A stretch of DNA of 64,000 nucleotides from Pseudohongiellaceae bacterium. GTDB taxonomy: Bacteria > Pseudomonadota > Gammaproteobacteria > Pseudomonadales > Pseudohongiellaceae. A program made the position numbers and the translations under genes. Within the stretch, counting starts at the first letter, position 1; the number at the start of each line of letters is the position of its first letter. Where the stretch lies: positions 78,586-142,585 of the forward strand of contig JBGSXL010000013.1 in assembly GCA_041751425.1 (NCBI GenBank). The letters are read 5' to 3'. Shown piece after piece: positions 1 through 9,506 of this stretch. The notes under the pieces are model-generated. The model was not told where the DNA came from and did no database searches. It saw nothing but the letters and a program-made list of their open reading frames with translations.

Positions 1-126
1 TCAACAGGCGCTTCGCAACTAGCCTTTCTCAACCGACTTGGATCAATCTGAAACCCGACATTAGTCCTGCGGGTCTATGTTGGCATATAATCCACAGCAG
101 TAAATGGTAATCAGGAAAGCACGACT

Positions 127-978
127 TTGACTTTCAACGTGGATAATGAAGCACTGCGGCAGATCTATCTGCAGAAGATGGGAATCCAACCCTGGTTCCC
201 ACGTTATTCCCTGCCGCATGCTGCGCAGCAGCGGACATATCCGGCAGGGGTAATGTTGCCGCAAACTACTGTTGCACCTGACGTTTCCGTGGACGACACC
301 AAAGCAGATTCTGCCATACTGCAATCGACGCTTAAGGAAATCGTCGCGCCCGCAGCGGCACCTCGTGTCAAGCAGACAACTGTTTTGGATACAGCGCCGC
401 AGGCCAGCGAGGCGATGGGCTCACATGATGCGCAACCGCATTTTGCATTCTCGTACCTCACAGTGAGCAGCCATCTGGCGGTCATCTGTGAAATTCCTTA
501 TCAAAGCCGTGGTCGCTTGCAGGCACCTGTGCGCGAAATACTGGCTAAAATCCTGGAGGCGCTAGGCATAGCTGTGCAGCCCGGCGCTACACCTGTTATT
601 CATTTTCAATGGCCATTGCAGGAAACGAATGAACAGGAGCAGGGCCTGGAAAATGCGCGACAGACTATTCATGGTTTCCTGGCTCGGCAGTTGCGCGACA
701 GGCCTGTTCCGCTGCTTTTGGTGTTCAGCGAACAGTGGCCGGACTGGTTGTTCCCTGCCAACTATCTGGCAGAGAACGAGCAGCAACTGCAGGGTCTGCT
801 GCAACATCCACACTTTGCTACTCGTGTTTTGGTGACACGCGGCCTGCATGCCATGCTGGCTGACGAAGCACTGAAAAAACCAGCCTGGATACAAATGAAG
901 TCGTTGAAGGTGGAGCTGGATGCACTGGCAAAGTCGGCAGCGGGAACGCAACAGCATGCGGAAGGACAGTACGATTGA
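127..978 (+). CDS. holD: DNA polymerase III psi subunit-like protein (extended)
   Basis: The N-terminus (LRQIYLQKMGIQPWFPR) resembles the psi N-terminal motif (E. coli QLQQLGITQWSLRR). It lies directly upstream of and overlaps rimI, as holD-rimI does in E. coli. The start is uncertain (TTG 127, GTG 139 or ATG 178). Confidence 0.5.
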   Translation: MTFNVDNEALRQIYLQKMGIQPWFPRYSLPHAAQQRTYPAGVMLPQTTVAPDVSVDDTKADSAILQSTLKEIVAPAAAPRVKQTTVLDTAPQASEAMGSHDAQPHFAFSYLTVSSHLAVICEIPYQSRGRLQAPVREILAKILEALGIAVQPGATPVIHFQWPLQETNEQEQGLENARQTIHGFLARQLRDRPVPLLLVFSEQWPDWLFPANYLAENEQQLQGLLQHPHFATRVLVTRGLHAMLADEALKKPAWIQMKSLKVELDALAKSAAGTQQHAEGQYD

Positions 979-1466
979 TGTTAGCGTCAGCGGAAGAAAA
1001 GTTATCGGTAATCTGTCGGCCCATGCGCGCCAGCGACCTGGATCACGTTGTGCACAATGAAAATGTTTCCTACCAGAACCCGTGGTCAAAACGCATTTTT
1101 CTGGATTGCCTGCGCGCAGGTTATGAATGTTGGGTATTGGCAACTCGCGACAGAATTGTTTGCCACGGCGTTTTATCAGCGGACGTCGGTGAAAGCCATG
1201 TTCTCACTTTATGTGTGCATCCTGACTTTCGCGGCTCTGGATATGGCCGCAGAATGTTGCGACATTTGTTGTTGCAGGCTCATAAGAAAGGCGCCAGTGT
1301 CTGTTTTCTGGAAGTGCGTCCCTCCAACAGGGAAGCCAGGCAGCTTTATATTTCGATGGGATTTGTCCAGGTGGGTGAGCGTAAAAACTATTATCCTATA
1401 GACCCGGCTACCACCAGCCGTGAAGATGCTTTGATACTATCCCGCACTTTACCGTTTCAGTCCTGA
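978..1466 (+). CDS. rimI: ribosomal-protein-alanine N-acetyltransferase (GNAT)
   Basis: GNAT acetyl-CoA motif (RGSGYGRRML). The ATG overlaps the upstream TGA (TGATG). Context is holD-rimI. Confidence 0.8.
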   Translation: MLASAEEKLSVICRPMRASDLDHVVHNENVSYQNPWSKRIFLDCLRAGYECWVLATRDRIVCHGVLSADVGESHVLTLCVHPDFRGSGYGRRMLRHLLLQAHKKGASVCFLEVRPSNREARQLYISMGFVQVGERKNYYPIDPATTSREDALILSRTLPFQS

Positions 1467-1687
1467 TTATTTTGATCAGCGTCCGACGACCGCAGTTTTC
1501 GGATAAGCTTCAACGCAAACTTGATGACAAAAACAACGGCAATCGCCGCCAGCGACATCGCCAGCACTAAAATGAAACTGCCCAGCAGATAACCCAACAA
1601 TGTCATGCGAGGAATATCGTAGGACACTGACAGTGCATAGATCGACCCAATGGCGATAGCAATGCCACCTGCGACGGCGCGAGTCAT
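1457..1687 (-). CDS. small membrane protein (2 predicted TM)
   Basis: From the internal ATG (M33 of the 108-aa ORF) there are two hydrophobic helices and a charged tail. The upstream part of the ORF overlaps the neighbouring gene. Confidence 0.4.
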   Translation of the reverse strand: MTRAVAGGIAIAIGSIYALSVSYDIPRMTLLGYLLGSFILVLAMSLAAIAVVFVIKFALKLIRKLRSSDADQNNQD

Positions 1688-1725
1688 CTTGCGAATTTTC
1701 AATCGAGGAATTTTCAAAACAAACC

Positions 1726-2229
1726 TTAAGCGTCTGCCCCATAGTCGGGCTTTTCGTCGACATTGCGATAAGTCTGTCGACAATCAGGAAATTGCGTACA
1801 TCCCCAGAATTCACCAGTCTTACTCTTGCGCTTCTTGAGAAGGTGGCCACACAACCTGCAACGGAATGCTGCAGCAGGTTTCCCTTCATCGTCGGGTAAT
1901 GTCACTTTGCAGCCGCGATTGTACCCTGTGCAATACCAATAATCGCCCTTGGCATTATTCGCCTTGATCATGCTGCGTGTGCAAACCGGGCAACGATAGC
2001 GCTCATCAGCTTCTTCGGACGGTTTTCCGTCTTTGTCAAACAAGCTGGTGGTGCAATCCGGGAAACCAGTGCAACCCCAGAAAGGTCCTTTTTTGCCCTC
2101 GATGCGGCGCATCGGCTTGCGGCAGCTCGGACAAAAATATTGCCTCCCGCCAGTTTCAGCTTCTGGCGCTTCAGGTTTGTTCAACGAATCAAACAGATCA
2201 GCACACATCTGCAACCCCTGCAGTGGCAT
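1726..2229 (-). CDS. topoisomerase-type C4 zinc-ribbon repeat protein (YrdD-like)
   Basis: Three repeats of CPxC..(F/Y)WGCTG(F/Y)P.C, typical of the zf-C4 topoisomerase domain. The start is uncertain (TTG 2277, ATG 2229 or ATG 2208). Confidence 0.7.
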   Translation of the reverse strand: MPLQGLQMCADLFDSLNKPEAPEAETGGRQYFCPSCRKPMRRIEGKKGPFWGCTGFPDCTTSLFDKDGKPSEEADERYRCPVCTRSMIKANNAKGDYWYCTGYNRGCKVTLPDDEGKPAAAFRCRLCGHLLKKRKSKTGEFWGCTQFPDCRQTYRNVDEKPDYGADA

Positions 2230-2279
2230 CAAACTTTGCGTATATTGCCGCCAGCAAAACGACAAGCGATTAAACAACT

Positions 2280-3392
2280 CTAATCTTCAGAGCGTAGAGA
2301 CTCAGCCAGTTTCAAAAGCAACTGCGAGTTCTCTGCCGGGGTACCCACCGTGATGCGCAGTTTGTTCCGCAGTCTGGGTTGGTCGAAATAGCGCACCAGA
2401 ATGCCTTTGTCTTTTAACTGTTGATAGAGATTTCTGGCGCGTTGTTCAGCATCAGTGTTCTGGCCGGCAGGTACCTCTACCAGAATAAAATTACTTTGAG
2501 TTGGCGCACAAGTCAGTCCCAATTCCGGCAATGCAGCCAACAAGCGGGCTCGCTCCTCACGTACTTTCTGCCAGGTATTGGCAGCGGCAGCTCGATCGGT
2601 AAGTGCGGCGGTTGCTAAGGCCTGGGAGATAAAATCAGTATTGTAGCTATCCTTGGTTTTGTAAAGCATAGGCGCCAGCAGCGAACTCGCTGCAATACCG
2701 TAGGCGAAACGCAGACCAGCTAAAGAGTAACCTTTGCTCATGGTCCGCAGTATCAGCACATTGTCGAATTTGTGTACCAGCGCCACGGCGTCATACGCTT
2801 TATCCGGATCGATGAAATCTACGTAAGCCTCATCGATCACAAGTATGCCTTTGAATTCGCGTGCGATTGCCTCAAGGTCAGCAACCGGACTCAGGCGACC
2901 GGAGGGCGCATGGGGGTTGACCACGAAGACAATCTTTGCCTTTAGCGTGTTCAACTGGGCGGCGAAGTCGCGGGGCATTGACCAATCTTCCAGCAAGGGA
3001 ACGCGGGCAATGTTACAGCCTTGAATATCGGCCAGCACGGGATATAACGAATAACTCGGTTCGGCAATGGCCAGCGTGTCGCCAGCATCGGCAAATGTGG
3101 TAATGACCAGGCGTAATAGTTCGTCACCACCATTGGTGGGGATAATATTGTCGATTTCCAGCTGGTGATAATCCGCTGCAATGCGCCGAAATTTATTGGC
3201 CAGCGGTTGTGGATAACGCCGCAGATCGGCCACTTGGCAGTCGCGCAAAGCCTGCGCAACTGCGGCGCTGGCAGGGTAAGGATTCTCGTTGGTATTGAGT
3301 TTAATGACATCAGTCTGCGCAGGCTGCTCGCCCGAACTATAACCGGTCATTTTCTGGATATTGGGTCTTTCATAACTCATTGAGATCAGCAC
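2280..3392 (-). CDS. hisC: histidinol-phosphate aminotransferase
   Basis: Class-II aminotransferase features: LNTNENPYP near the N-terminus and PLP-lysine context (RTMSKGYSLAGLRFAYG). Confidence 0.85.
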   Translation of the reverse strand: MLISMSYERPNIQKMTGYSSGEQPAQTDVIKLNTNENPYPASAAVAQALRDCQVADLRRYPQPLANKFRRIAADYHQLEIDNIIPTNGGDELLRLVITTFADAGDTLAIAEPSYSLYPVLADIQGCNIARVPLLEDWSMPRDFAAQLNTLKAKIVFVVNPHAPSGRLSPVADLEAIAREFKGILVIDEAYVDFIDPDKAYDAVALVHKFDNVLILRTMSKGYSLAGLRFAYGIAASSLLAPMLYKTKDSYNTDFISQALATAALTDRAAAANTWQKVREERARLLAALPELGLTCAPTQSNFILVEVPAGQNTDAEQRARNLYQQLKDKGILVRYFDQPRLRNKLRITVGTPAENSQLLLKLAESLRSED

Positions 3393-3517
3393 TTTTCGGG
3401 GGTGAATATAGGAAAAGTGCCAAGGTTACTCGCTAATACTGCGGGTATCAAATAGTTGCGGTAAGAGCACGTGCGAAGAGGTTTAGGTGACCTCGCACGT
3501 TGTCATGTCGGGCTGCT

Positions 3518-4402
3518 TCAGGGATATCGCACATTGCTGTAAGTTTCTGCTCTTCGTTCCCAACCCAGGGTCCAGCGGTTCTCGTTACGCTCTGGAGCTG
3601 AGTTCGCGACCCGTCTTGCCAAAACTGCTTTTGCAGCATGGGTGAATTGGTGCAGTAGAGACTGGTGGTTAGGCTGTTGTTGCGAATCACGCAGCATCTG
3701 CTCCAGCACCTGCAATAATCCCCAACCCTCACCCTGATAACGCTCGCCGCTGGCTGTTCCTTCTCCCTTGAAGTTCACGTAATCAATCAGGGCATACATG
3801 CCTAAAGGTGGGTGACTGTTGGCAATCTGATAGAAAAGAGCCTCCACGGCATCAGAGTTATCGCTTGCCTGACGTAAAGCGGGTACTGATGCATAAAGTC
3901 TGTTTATGATGAATTCTACTTGCACAGGCTTGGTGTCATAGAGGAACTGGCGCAATTCAGTCAATTCAGGACCATCGATGGCGGCATGAAACTCAGCGCT
4001 GTCAGTCCAGGGGGAGTGCATGCCGGGAAGCGTGTCCAACCAGGCCGGAACCGCTACACCGCGCGTCTTGTAGTGCCTGATAAGGGCAGGAAAACTCTCC
4101 AGAAAGGGGTCGCTTTGATTTTCCCGGTACCAGATGAAATGGCCGATACCCAGGGATGGAAAATCTTCCCCTGCGTTCCAACTGGTTAAGCAAGGTATTT
4201 TCAGGTTACACTCATTCGCAAAAATGCGTTCCCCAATCCAGCCAGCCTGTTCCTGGGTAAGCTGGGGGGTCTGTTCGATAACGGTTTGCGCAGCGGCACC
4301 TGGCAGAATCAGCGCTAAAAGCAGGCCGATCAGCACAGTGACAGAAGCTATAAAACGGGCTGATTGATTCTGCGGTTGCACGGTCATCTCGAATGAATGC
4401 AC
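3518..4402 (-). CDS. secreted hypothetical protein
   Basis: Signal-peptide-like N-terminus (LIGLLLALILPGAAAQT) and a long uninterrupted ORF. I do not recognise the family. Confidence 0.6.
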   Translation of the reverse strand: MHSFEMTVQPQNQSARFIASVTVLIGLLLALILPGAAAQTVIEQTPQLTQEQAGWIGERIFANECNLKIPCLTSWNAGEDFPSLGIGHFIWYRENQSDPFLESFPALIRHYKTRGVAVPAWLDTLPGMHSPWTDSAEFHAAIDGPELTELRQFLYDTKPVQVEFIINRLYASVPALRQASDNSDAVEALFYQIANSHPPLGMYALIDYVNFKGEGTASGERYQGEGWGLLQVLEQMLRDSQQQPNHQSLLHQFTHAAKAVLARRVANSAPERNENRWTLGWERRAETYSNVRYP

Positions 4403-4460
4403 AGCGATTTATCCTGAATGTTGTTGACGCCAACTTTATAAGAGTCAGAGTAACAGATAA

Positions 4461-6749
4461 ATGTCTGAAGCTGCAGCGGTAGAAATCCAGGAATCCAAAG
4501 AAGCGCAGGATGAGTTTGCGCGCGGTTTGACGCTCATCTACCAACGCCTGAAAAAAAGCAAACATCTGAAGAAAGCCATGAAAGAAGTGGAGAACCCGCT
4601 TCTGGAATTGCTTGACGTCCGGCTTTTCACCATTTACCAAAGTGTCCACAACGGCAAGGAAATTCTTGCCAGCTTTAAAGGTGGCGATCCAGATGACAAT
4701 TCCGCCAATGAAATTCGTGTACCTTTCAGCCCGACTTCTCTGGCCGGTTATGTTGCACTGAGCCAAAGACCTTTGATGGTCAGAAATGTTCTGAATACGC
4801 AGGAGTTGCTGGACATTCACCCGCGCCTGCAATTTGACAAGCGTTTTACTGAAGCCAAAGGCTGGGCGGTGCGATCAATGATCGTGGTGCCTATCAAAGA
4901 TGAAATTCTGCTGGGCGTATTGCAGCTTATCAATTTCGAAGGCGATAGAGAGTTTACCAAAGCAGATATGCGCCATGCCTTGATGATGGCGCAGATGCTG
5001 GCCAAGCAATTCCGTGCAGAGTTGCAGAGCACCCAGGGTCCATATGACTACCTGGTGCAGATCAACAAGATCTCCAGTAAAGATCTGGATGAAATACAAA
5101 GCAAAGCAGCACTTTATGGCGGCACTGTTTCAAAAGTGTTGATGGAAGACTACGGCATAGAAGCAGATCTGATCGGCAAGTCGTTGGAATATTACTACCG
5201 TGTTCCTTATATGAAGTACCAGCCTTCACATACCCTGCCATTTGAACTGGTGGAAAATATTGGCGCCAGCTATCTGCGTAATAATCTCTGGTTGCCGGTC
5301 GCCGGCACCAAAGAGGAAGCCGTTATCCTGATAGACGACCCAAGCGATTATCAGCGCATCATGGAAATTCAGGGCGTGCTCAATGCCCGCAATTATGTCT
5401 TCCGGGTAGGTTTGCCTGAACATATTCTGCAGTATTTGCGCGAAGAAGGGGGTGACGAGACCGAGGCCGGTTTTGATGATGTGTTTTCACGTTTGGAGGA
5501 ACAGGGTGGTATCGAGCTGGATTCCGAAGAGGAAACAGAAGAAGAGAATCTCGCAGCGACCTCAGCCATCATTCAATTGGTCAATCGAATCATTACGGAA
5601 TCCGACAGACTTGGCGCATCGGATATTCATGTGGAACCTGGCAAGGATAATTCACCGGGTATAGTGCGTATTCGAGTCGATGGTATCTGCCGTGAGTTAC
5701 TCAAGGTTCCGCGCGAACATACGTCAGCATTGATTGCGCGAATCAAAGTAATTTCGCGTCTCAATATCGCAGAGCGACGTTTGCCGCAGGATGGTAAATG
5801 CAAACTGAAAGTGCGTGGTAAGAAACTTGAGTTGCGGGTTGCCACTGTGCCAACAGTGAATGGTGAAAGTGCTGTGCTGCGGTTGTTGGCGGCCGGAAGT
5901 GCCATGCCCTTGGAAAAGCTCAATCTCTCTGAGCCTAATTTTGAAAAAATTGTTGAACTGTGCGGGCATCCCCATGGCCTGCTTCTCGTAGTTGGTCCAA
6001 CAGGATCTGGTAAAACAACAACGCTGCACGGAGTCCTGGGTTATATCAATACTCCCGACCGAAAAATCTGGACCGCTGAAGATCCGGTGGAAATCACTCA
6101 ACCCGGCTTGCAACAGGTGCAGGTGTTGCCCAAGATAAATTTCACGTTCGCGACGGCTATGCGCGCTTTCCTGCGGGCCGATCCTGATGTCATTCTGATT
6201 GGTGAGATGCGGGATGAGGAAACAGCCAATATTGGCGTAGAAGCATCGTTGACGGGACACTTGGTACTTTCGACATTGCATACCAACTCGGCGCCGGAAA
6301 CCATTACCCGCCTGTTGGATCTTGGCCTCGATCCGGTCAATTTCTCAGATGCGTTGCTGGGTGTTCTCGCGCAGCGACTGATGCGCACACTCTGCAGTGA
6401 CTGCAAAGAAAGCTACAAGCCGAAACCGGAGGACCTGGATCATCTGGTCAACAGTTATGGCAGAGAACAATTTGTTGATTTAGGTATTGATCTGGAGACG
6501 GTGCAGTTGAACCGTCCCGTAGGTTGCGCTGAGTGTGGCGAGACTGGTTATAAAGGTCGCACAGGCATCCATGAGCTGTTGGTGGGCACCCATGAGCTGC
6601 GCAGCCTCATCTACAATAAAGCGGATCTGGGTGCATTGCGTACGCAGGCTCTGAAAGATGGCATGCGTACTTTGAAGCAGGACGGTATCCTGAAAATTTT
6701 TATGGGACTGAGCGACTATAAGCAGTTATTGCGCGTAGTTGCAGAATAA
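4461..6749 (+). CDS. GspE/PulE-family secretion ATPase with N-terminal GAF domain
   Basis: Walker A (GPTGSGKTTT), Asp box / Walker B (DPDVILIGEMRD), His box (GHLVLSTLHTN) and a C-terminal tetracysteine (CSDC..CAECG). Residues ~30-190 show a GAF-like pattern. Confidence 0.9.
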   Translation: MSEAAAVEIQESKEAQDEFARGLTLIYQRLKKSKHLKKAMKEVENPLLELLDVRLFTIYQSVHNGKEILASFKGGDPDDNSANEIRVPFSPTSLAGYVALSQRPLMVRNVLNTQELLDIHPRLQFDKRFTEAKGWAVRSMIVVPIKDEILLGVLQLINFEGDREFTKADMRHALMMAQMLAKQFRAELQSTQGPYDYLVQINKISSKDLDEIQSKAALYGGTVSKVLMEDYGIEADLIGKSLEYYYRVPYMKYQPSHTLPFELVENIGASYLRNNLWLPVAGTKEEAVILIDDPSDYQRIMEIQGVLNARNYVFRVGLPEHILQYLREEGGDETEAGFDDVFSRLEEQGGIELDSEEETEEENLAATSAIIQLVNRIITESDRLGASDIHVEPGKDNSPGIVRIRVDGICRELLKVPREHTSALIARIKVISRLNIAERRLPQDGKCKLKVRGKKLELRVATVPTVNGESAVLRLLAAGSAMPLEKLNLSEPNFEKIVELCGHPHGLLLVVGPTGSGKTTTLHGVLGYINTPDRKIWTAEDPVEITQPGLQQVQVLPKINFTFATAMRAFLRADPDVILIGEMRDEETANIGVEASLTGHLVLSTLHTNSAPETITRLLDLGLDPVNFSDALLGVLAQRLMRTLCSDCKESYKPKPEDLDHLVNSYGREQFVDLGIDLETVQLNRPVGCAECGETGYKGRTGIHELLVGTHELRSLIYNKADLGALRTQALKDGMRTLKQDGILKIFMGLSDYKQLLRVVAE

Positions 6750-6773
6750 GTTGCAGAATAAGTTGCAGAATAA
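6738..6773. repeat. perfect 3 x 12-nt tandem repeat GTTGCAGAATAA
   Basis: Read directly: copies at 6738-6749, 6750-6761 and 6762-6773. The first copy contains the last codons and the TAA of the GspE-like gene. Confidence 0.95.
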
Positions 6774-6802
6774 GCTGCGGGTGGTTTCGGCAACTTCCTG
6801 TC

Positions 6803-7276
6803 TCAGAAACGCATCAGACTACTGAATATTTGAAAGTTGGCTAGCTGCCATTCCCCTTCATGATGCAATTCAGCTTCAATTCTGGCGATATGATTATTGA
6901 AGCTGGCGTGCAATGTATATTTTGCCATTGGTGTAGCAGTAAAATTCAAAACCGACGGCACATAGAGTTCTCCCCGTGCCTCATCAATCCTTATTAACCG
7001 ACCATGCCGCGCAAAAACATCGTACATATGGATCATGCTGATTTCTTCCGGCGAACCAGGCAACGGCGGATTAATCATGCGGACCGTGATAATGTCAGGA
7101 TTCCAACTGAAGCCCAGCGACCGGATCAGTTGCAGCACCAATTCACTGCTGTTTTTTTCCAGGCGAACCTGCTTTTGCCGGTCGATCTCAATAACCGCGA
7201 TAGTTGCCGCCACTATGAAGAGAATGAGGAAAAAACTGTTGAAAATATGTGATCTTTTCATGGGATCCGCTGGCAT
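6803..7276 (-). CDS. membrane-anchored hypothetical protein
   Basis: Single N-terminal TM (IFNSFFLILFIVAATIAVI) and no recognisable family. An alternative start is ATG 7261. Confidence 0.5.
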   Translation of the reverse strand: MPADPMKRSHIFNSFFLILFIVAATIAVIEIDRQKQVRLEKNSSELVLQLIRSLGFSWNPDIITVRMINPPLPGSPEEISMIHMYDVFARHGRLIRIDEARGELYVPSVLNFTATPMAKYTLHASFNNHIARIEAELHHEGEWQLANFQIFSSLMRF

Positions 7277-7425
7277 TGTTGTGTCAAATTGACGTGATGA
7301 TGCGCGTCTGAATTATTACATGTTTCCTGATCTACTTTGGCACGAAAATTATAGTGTAAAAAAGTCCAATAAAAACAGCGCTAAATTGCTTTCATTTAAT
7401 CGAAAAGGTGATTTGTTAGCGTGTT

Positions 7426-7434
7426 TTATGCACA
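7426..7434 (+). promoter_or_regulatory. DnaA-box match TTATGCACA (9/9 to TTATNCACA)
   Basis: Exact consensus match read in the AT-rich intergenic region. Confidence 0.4.
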
Positions 7435-7615
7435 AAAATGTCACGGTTGTCACTTTTAATGCAGAAAAACAGGGGTTTTTCTAAAAAAGTAGTGGTTAAA
7501 ATACGTAAGTTAATGATATTTAACGATTATTACGTTTGGATAAAAAACAACCAAACTGAGTCAAAGTGCCTTAATTTCAGTGTTTGCAGTACTTTTTTAA
7601 GAGTTATCAACTGAG

Positions 7616-7638
7616 TTATCCACAGATTCTGTGGAAAA
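7616..7638. promoter_or_regulatory. convergent DnaA-box pair: TTATCCACA (7616-7624, + strand) and TTTTCCACA (reverse complement of 7630-7638)
   Basis: A perfect R-box and an 8/9 box arranged as the inverted repeat CCACAGATTCTGTGG (7620-7634). Confidence 0.4.
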
Positions 7639-7871
7639 GATTGGCATTATTTTGCTCCATAGTTCCCCCCTGCCGTCAATCAATGAATTTTAAAAGATCG
7701 CGACTAAGCGTGCAGCGCATGTTCGAAGTCTGGGGAGAGACGAAACATTCAGGGAATTTTTTGTTACTGGTAGTGTCTATGAAGGCAATTTTTAGCAGAT
7801 TATAGTTTTGTCTTAATTCGGCATTGATGCTATTGTAAGATCGTTCGTAAACAGCTGGCCAGAGCGAGGAA

Positions 7872-8513
7872 ATGGTGGAACTAACAGGTGATATTCCTTT
7901 CTTGTGGAGATTAAGTCCTGAGTCCAGCGAAGGACTCTGTGTTGTCTCCATGGTGGTACCATTCGAATCCGAAGCAGAAGAAGAACGCAAGGATCTGACC
8001 ATCGAGACCAGCGTTGTCAGTTTACCCTCCGATAGCTCTCGTTCCGAGAATGAAGAGATGCTGGAATGGAATCAGGATGACATCAGCCTGTTTCTGAAAC
8101 TGGTGACTCATGAACAGCAAACCCAGCACGTTGCTGTTACCGACACCGTTCGCATAGATCTTACAGATCCCGCCATTATTGAAATCATACATGTCGTAGC
8201 TGCAGCCGGTTTCGGCATGGCCTTCACCTCATTTGGCATCCTCCGCCGTTCGGCAGAAAGTTACCCGGCACACTTGTGCGAGATTGGCAGTTTTGCATCA
8301 TTGGATACAGTGGATGGATTCAAAAGAGTGGTCGTTGTCGATATCGACGATGACGATATCGTTTGTGTCCTGCTGGATGAAATCGATGTGGCGTCGGTTG
8401 GAGAGTATGATCAGTTAAGCCGTCACGATCTTTTGATGGTTAAACGTCAGGATCTGTTACATCCGGATTTTGCCACGACGGCATCAAGACCGCATTCGGC
8501 GACGCTTCACTAA
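7872..8513 (+). CDS. acidic hypothetical protein (orphan)
   Basis: It is the only long ORF in either strand here and its codon usage looks like neighbouring genes. There is no recognisable domain and no signal peptide. Confidence 0.35.
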   Translation: MVELTGDIPFLWRLSPESSEGLCVVSMVVPFESEAEEERKDLTIETSVVSLPSDSSRSENEEMLEWNQDDISLFLKLVTHEQQTQHVAVTDTVRIDLTDPAIIEIIHVVAAAGFGMAFTSFGILRRSAESYPAHLCEIGSFASLDTVDGFKRVVVVDIDDDDIVCVLLDEIDVASVGEYDQLSRHDLLMVKRQDLLHPDFATTASRPHSATLH

Positions 8514-8546
8514 CATTACCAACTTCTGTTGCTACCCATATAACTT

Positions 8547-9506
8547 TCAGGGCCTGGCCAGTAACCACCATTTCAGCGTGGAGCTGACCAGCTCTGGCGC
8601 ATCCTGTTGCACAAAGTGCCCTGCACCCGGCACAGCAACAATCGTTGTGTCCGCGTCTATCCAGTCCCAGGTGTTATTCAAACCGTCTGAGTGTAACGCG
8701 GTGTCTTCCAGACCATGGAATATCAACACGGGCATTTGCAATTGTGGTGTGGCAGGGGCAGCAGCGGGGGCAGGCTCTCCTGCGGCAGGCAGGCGCGGAT
8801 AGTTGCGTTTGTAATAGGCCAGCATGGCATCGAAGTCAGAGTTCTGGAAAGCCTCCACATAGTGTGGTCGCGCATTGGCATCGCTGACCCAAAGCGACAG
8901 GGTTTGCGGAGTCATCGGTCCGCCGAAAAGTATATCTGGATCAGATGGTGAGCCTTCCTGAAAGCGTTGCGCGTAGCCGCTGTTGGCACGTTGCTCAGGA
9001 TTGTTAGCTAATTCTCGTCCCATCCCATTCGGATGAGGCAGATTCAGGATGACCAGTTTGTCCACCATTTGCGGATAGTTGAACGCAAACTGCCAGGACA
9101 CCACGCCACCCCAATCATGGCCAACGATCGTGGCGCTCTCTTCGCCAAAATGTCTTACCACTGCGGCGACATCCGCCAACAGAAAACGCATGTCATAGTT
9201 TTCATCACCAGCGGGCTTGTCGCTGAGGTTATAACCTCGTTGATCGATGGCCACAACCTTGAAATTTTTCTGCAGTGCAGCCATCTGGTGTCGCCAGCTA
9301 TACCAGAAATCCGGAAAACCATGAATCATGACGATCAGGGGACCGTCTCCAATGGTGGCGTAATGTATTTTCACACCAGCGCTATCCACATAGCCGTGCT
9401 CAACATCATTCCAGATATCAGTTTGTGCATACAGGGAGCCGCTGCAGCTGAGCAGACCAGCCAGGACAGCAAGCATGACTGAGCGCGTTACAAGAGTTAT
9501 TTTCAT
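8547..9506 (-). CDS. secreted alpha/beta hydrolase (epoxide hydrolase / haloalkane dehalogenase-like)
   Basis: Signal peptide, [13 protein letters not shown] motif, nucleophile elbow context (GHDWGG) and a C-terminal GHF. Confidence 0.85.
   Translation of the reverse strand: MKITLVTRSVMLAVLAGLLSCSGSLYAQTDIWNDVEHGYVDSAGVKIHYATIGDGPLIVMIHGFPDFWYSWRHQMAALQKNFKVVAIDQRGYNLSDKPAGDENYDMRFLLADVAAVVRHFGEESATIVGHDWGGVVSWQFAFNYPQMVDKLVILNLPHPNGMGRELANNPEQRANSGYAQRFQEGSPSDPDILFGGPMTPQTLSLWVSDANARPHYVEAFQNSDFDAMLAYYKRNYPRLPAAGEPAPAAAPATPQLQMPVLIFHGLEDTALHSDGLNNTWDWIDADTTIVAVPGAGHFVQQDAPELVSSTLKWWLLARP

Noticed and set aside
4212-4832. A 206-aa minus-strand ORF spanning the divergent promoter region and the 5' end of the GspE-like gene.
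   Set aside because: It overlaps two well-supported genes and the intergenic region, and it has no recognisable features. It is likely spurious.
6738-6773. Tandem repeats here and at 33829-33861 as possible CRISPR or mini-array structures.
   Set aside because: The units are 11-12 nt with no spacers and only 3 copies. They are simple tandem duplications, and no cas genes are present.
7277-7871. Calling the AT-rich DnaA-box region the chromosomal origin (oriC).
   Set aside because: There are only 2 perfect and 2 near boxes, only 3 GATC sites, no recognisable 13-mer DUE array and no dnaA/gidA/mioC/rpmH neighbours. It is kept as a finding but not annotated as oriC.
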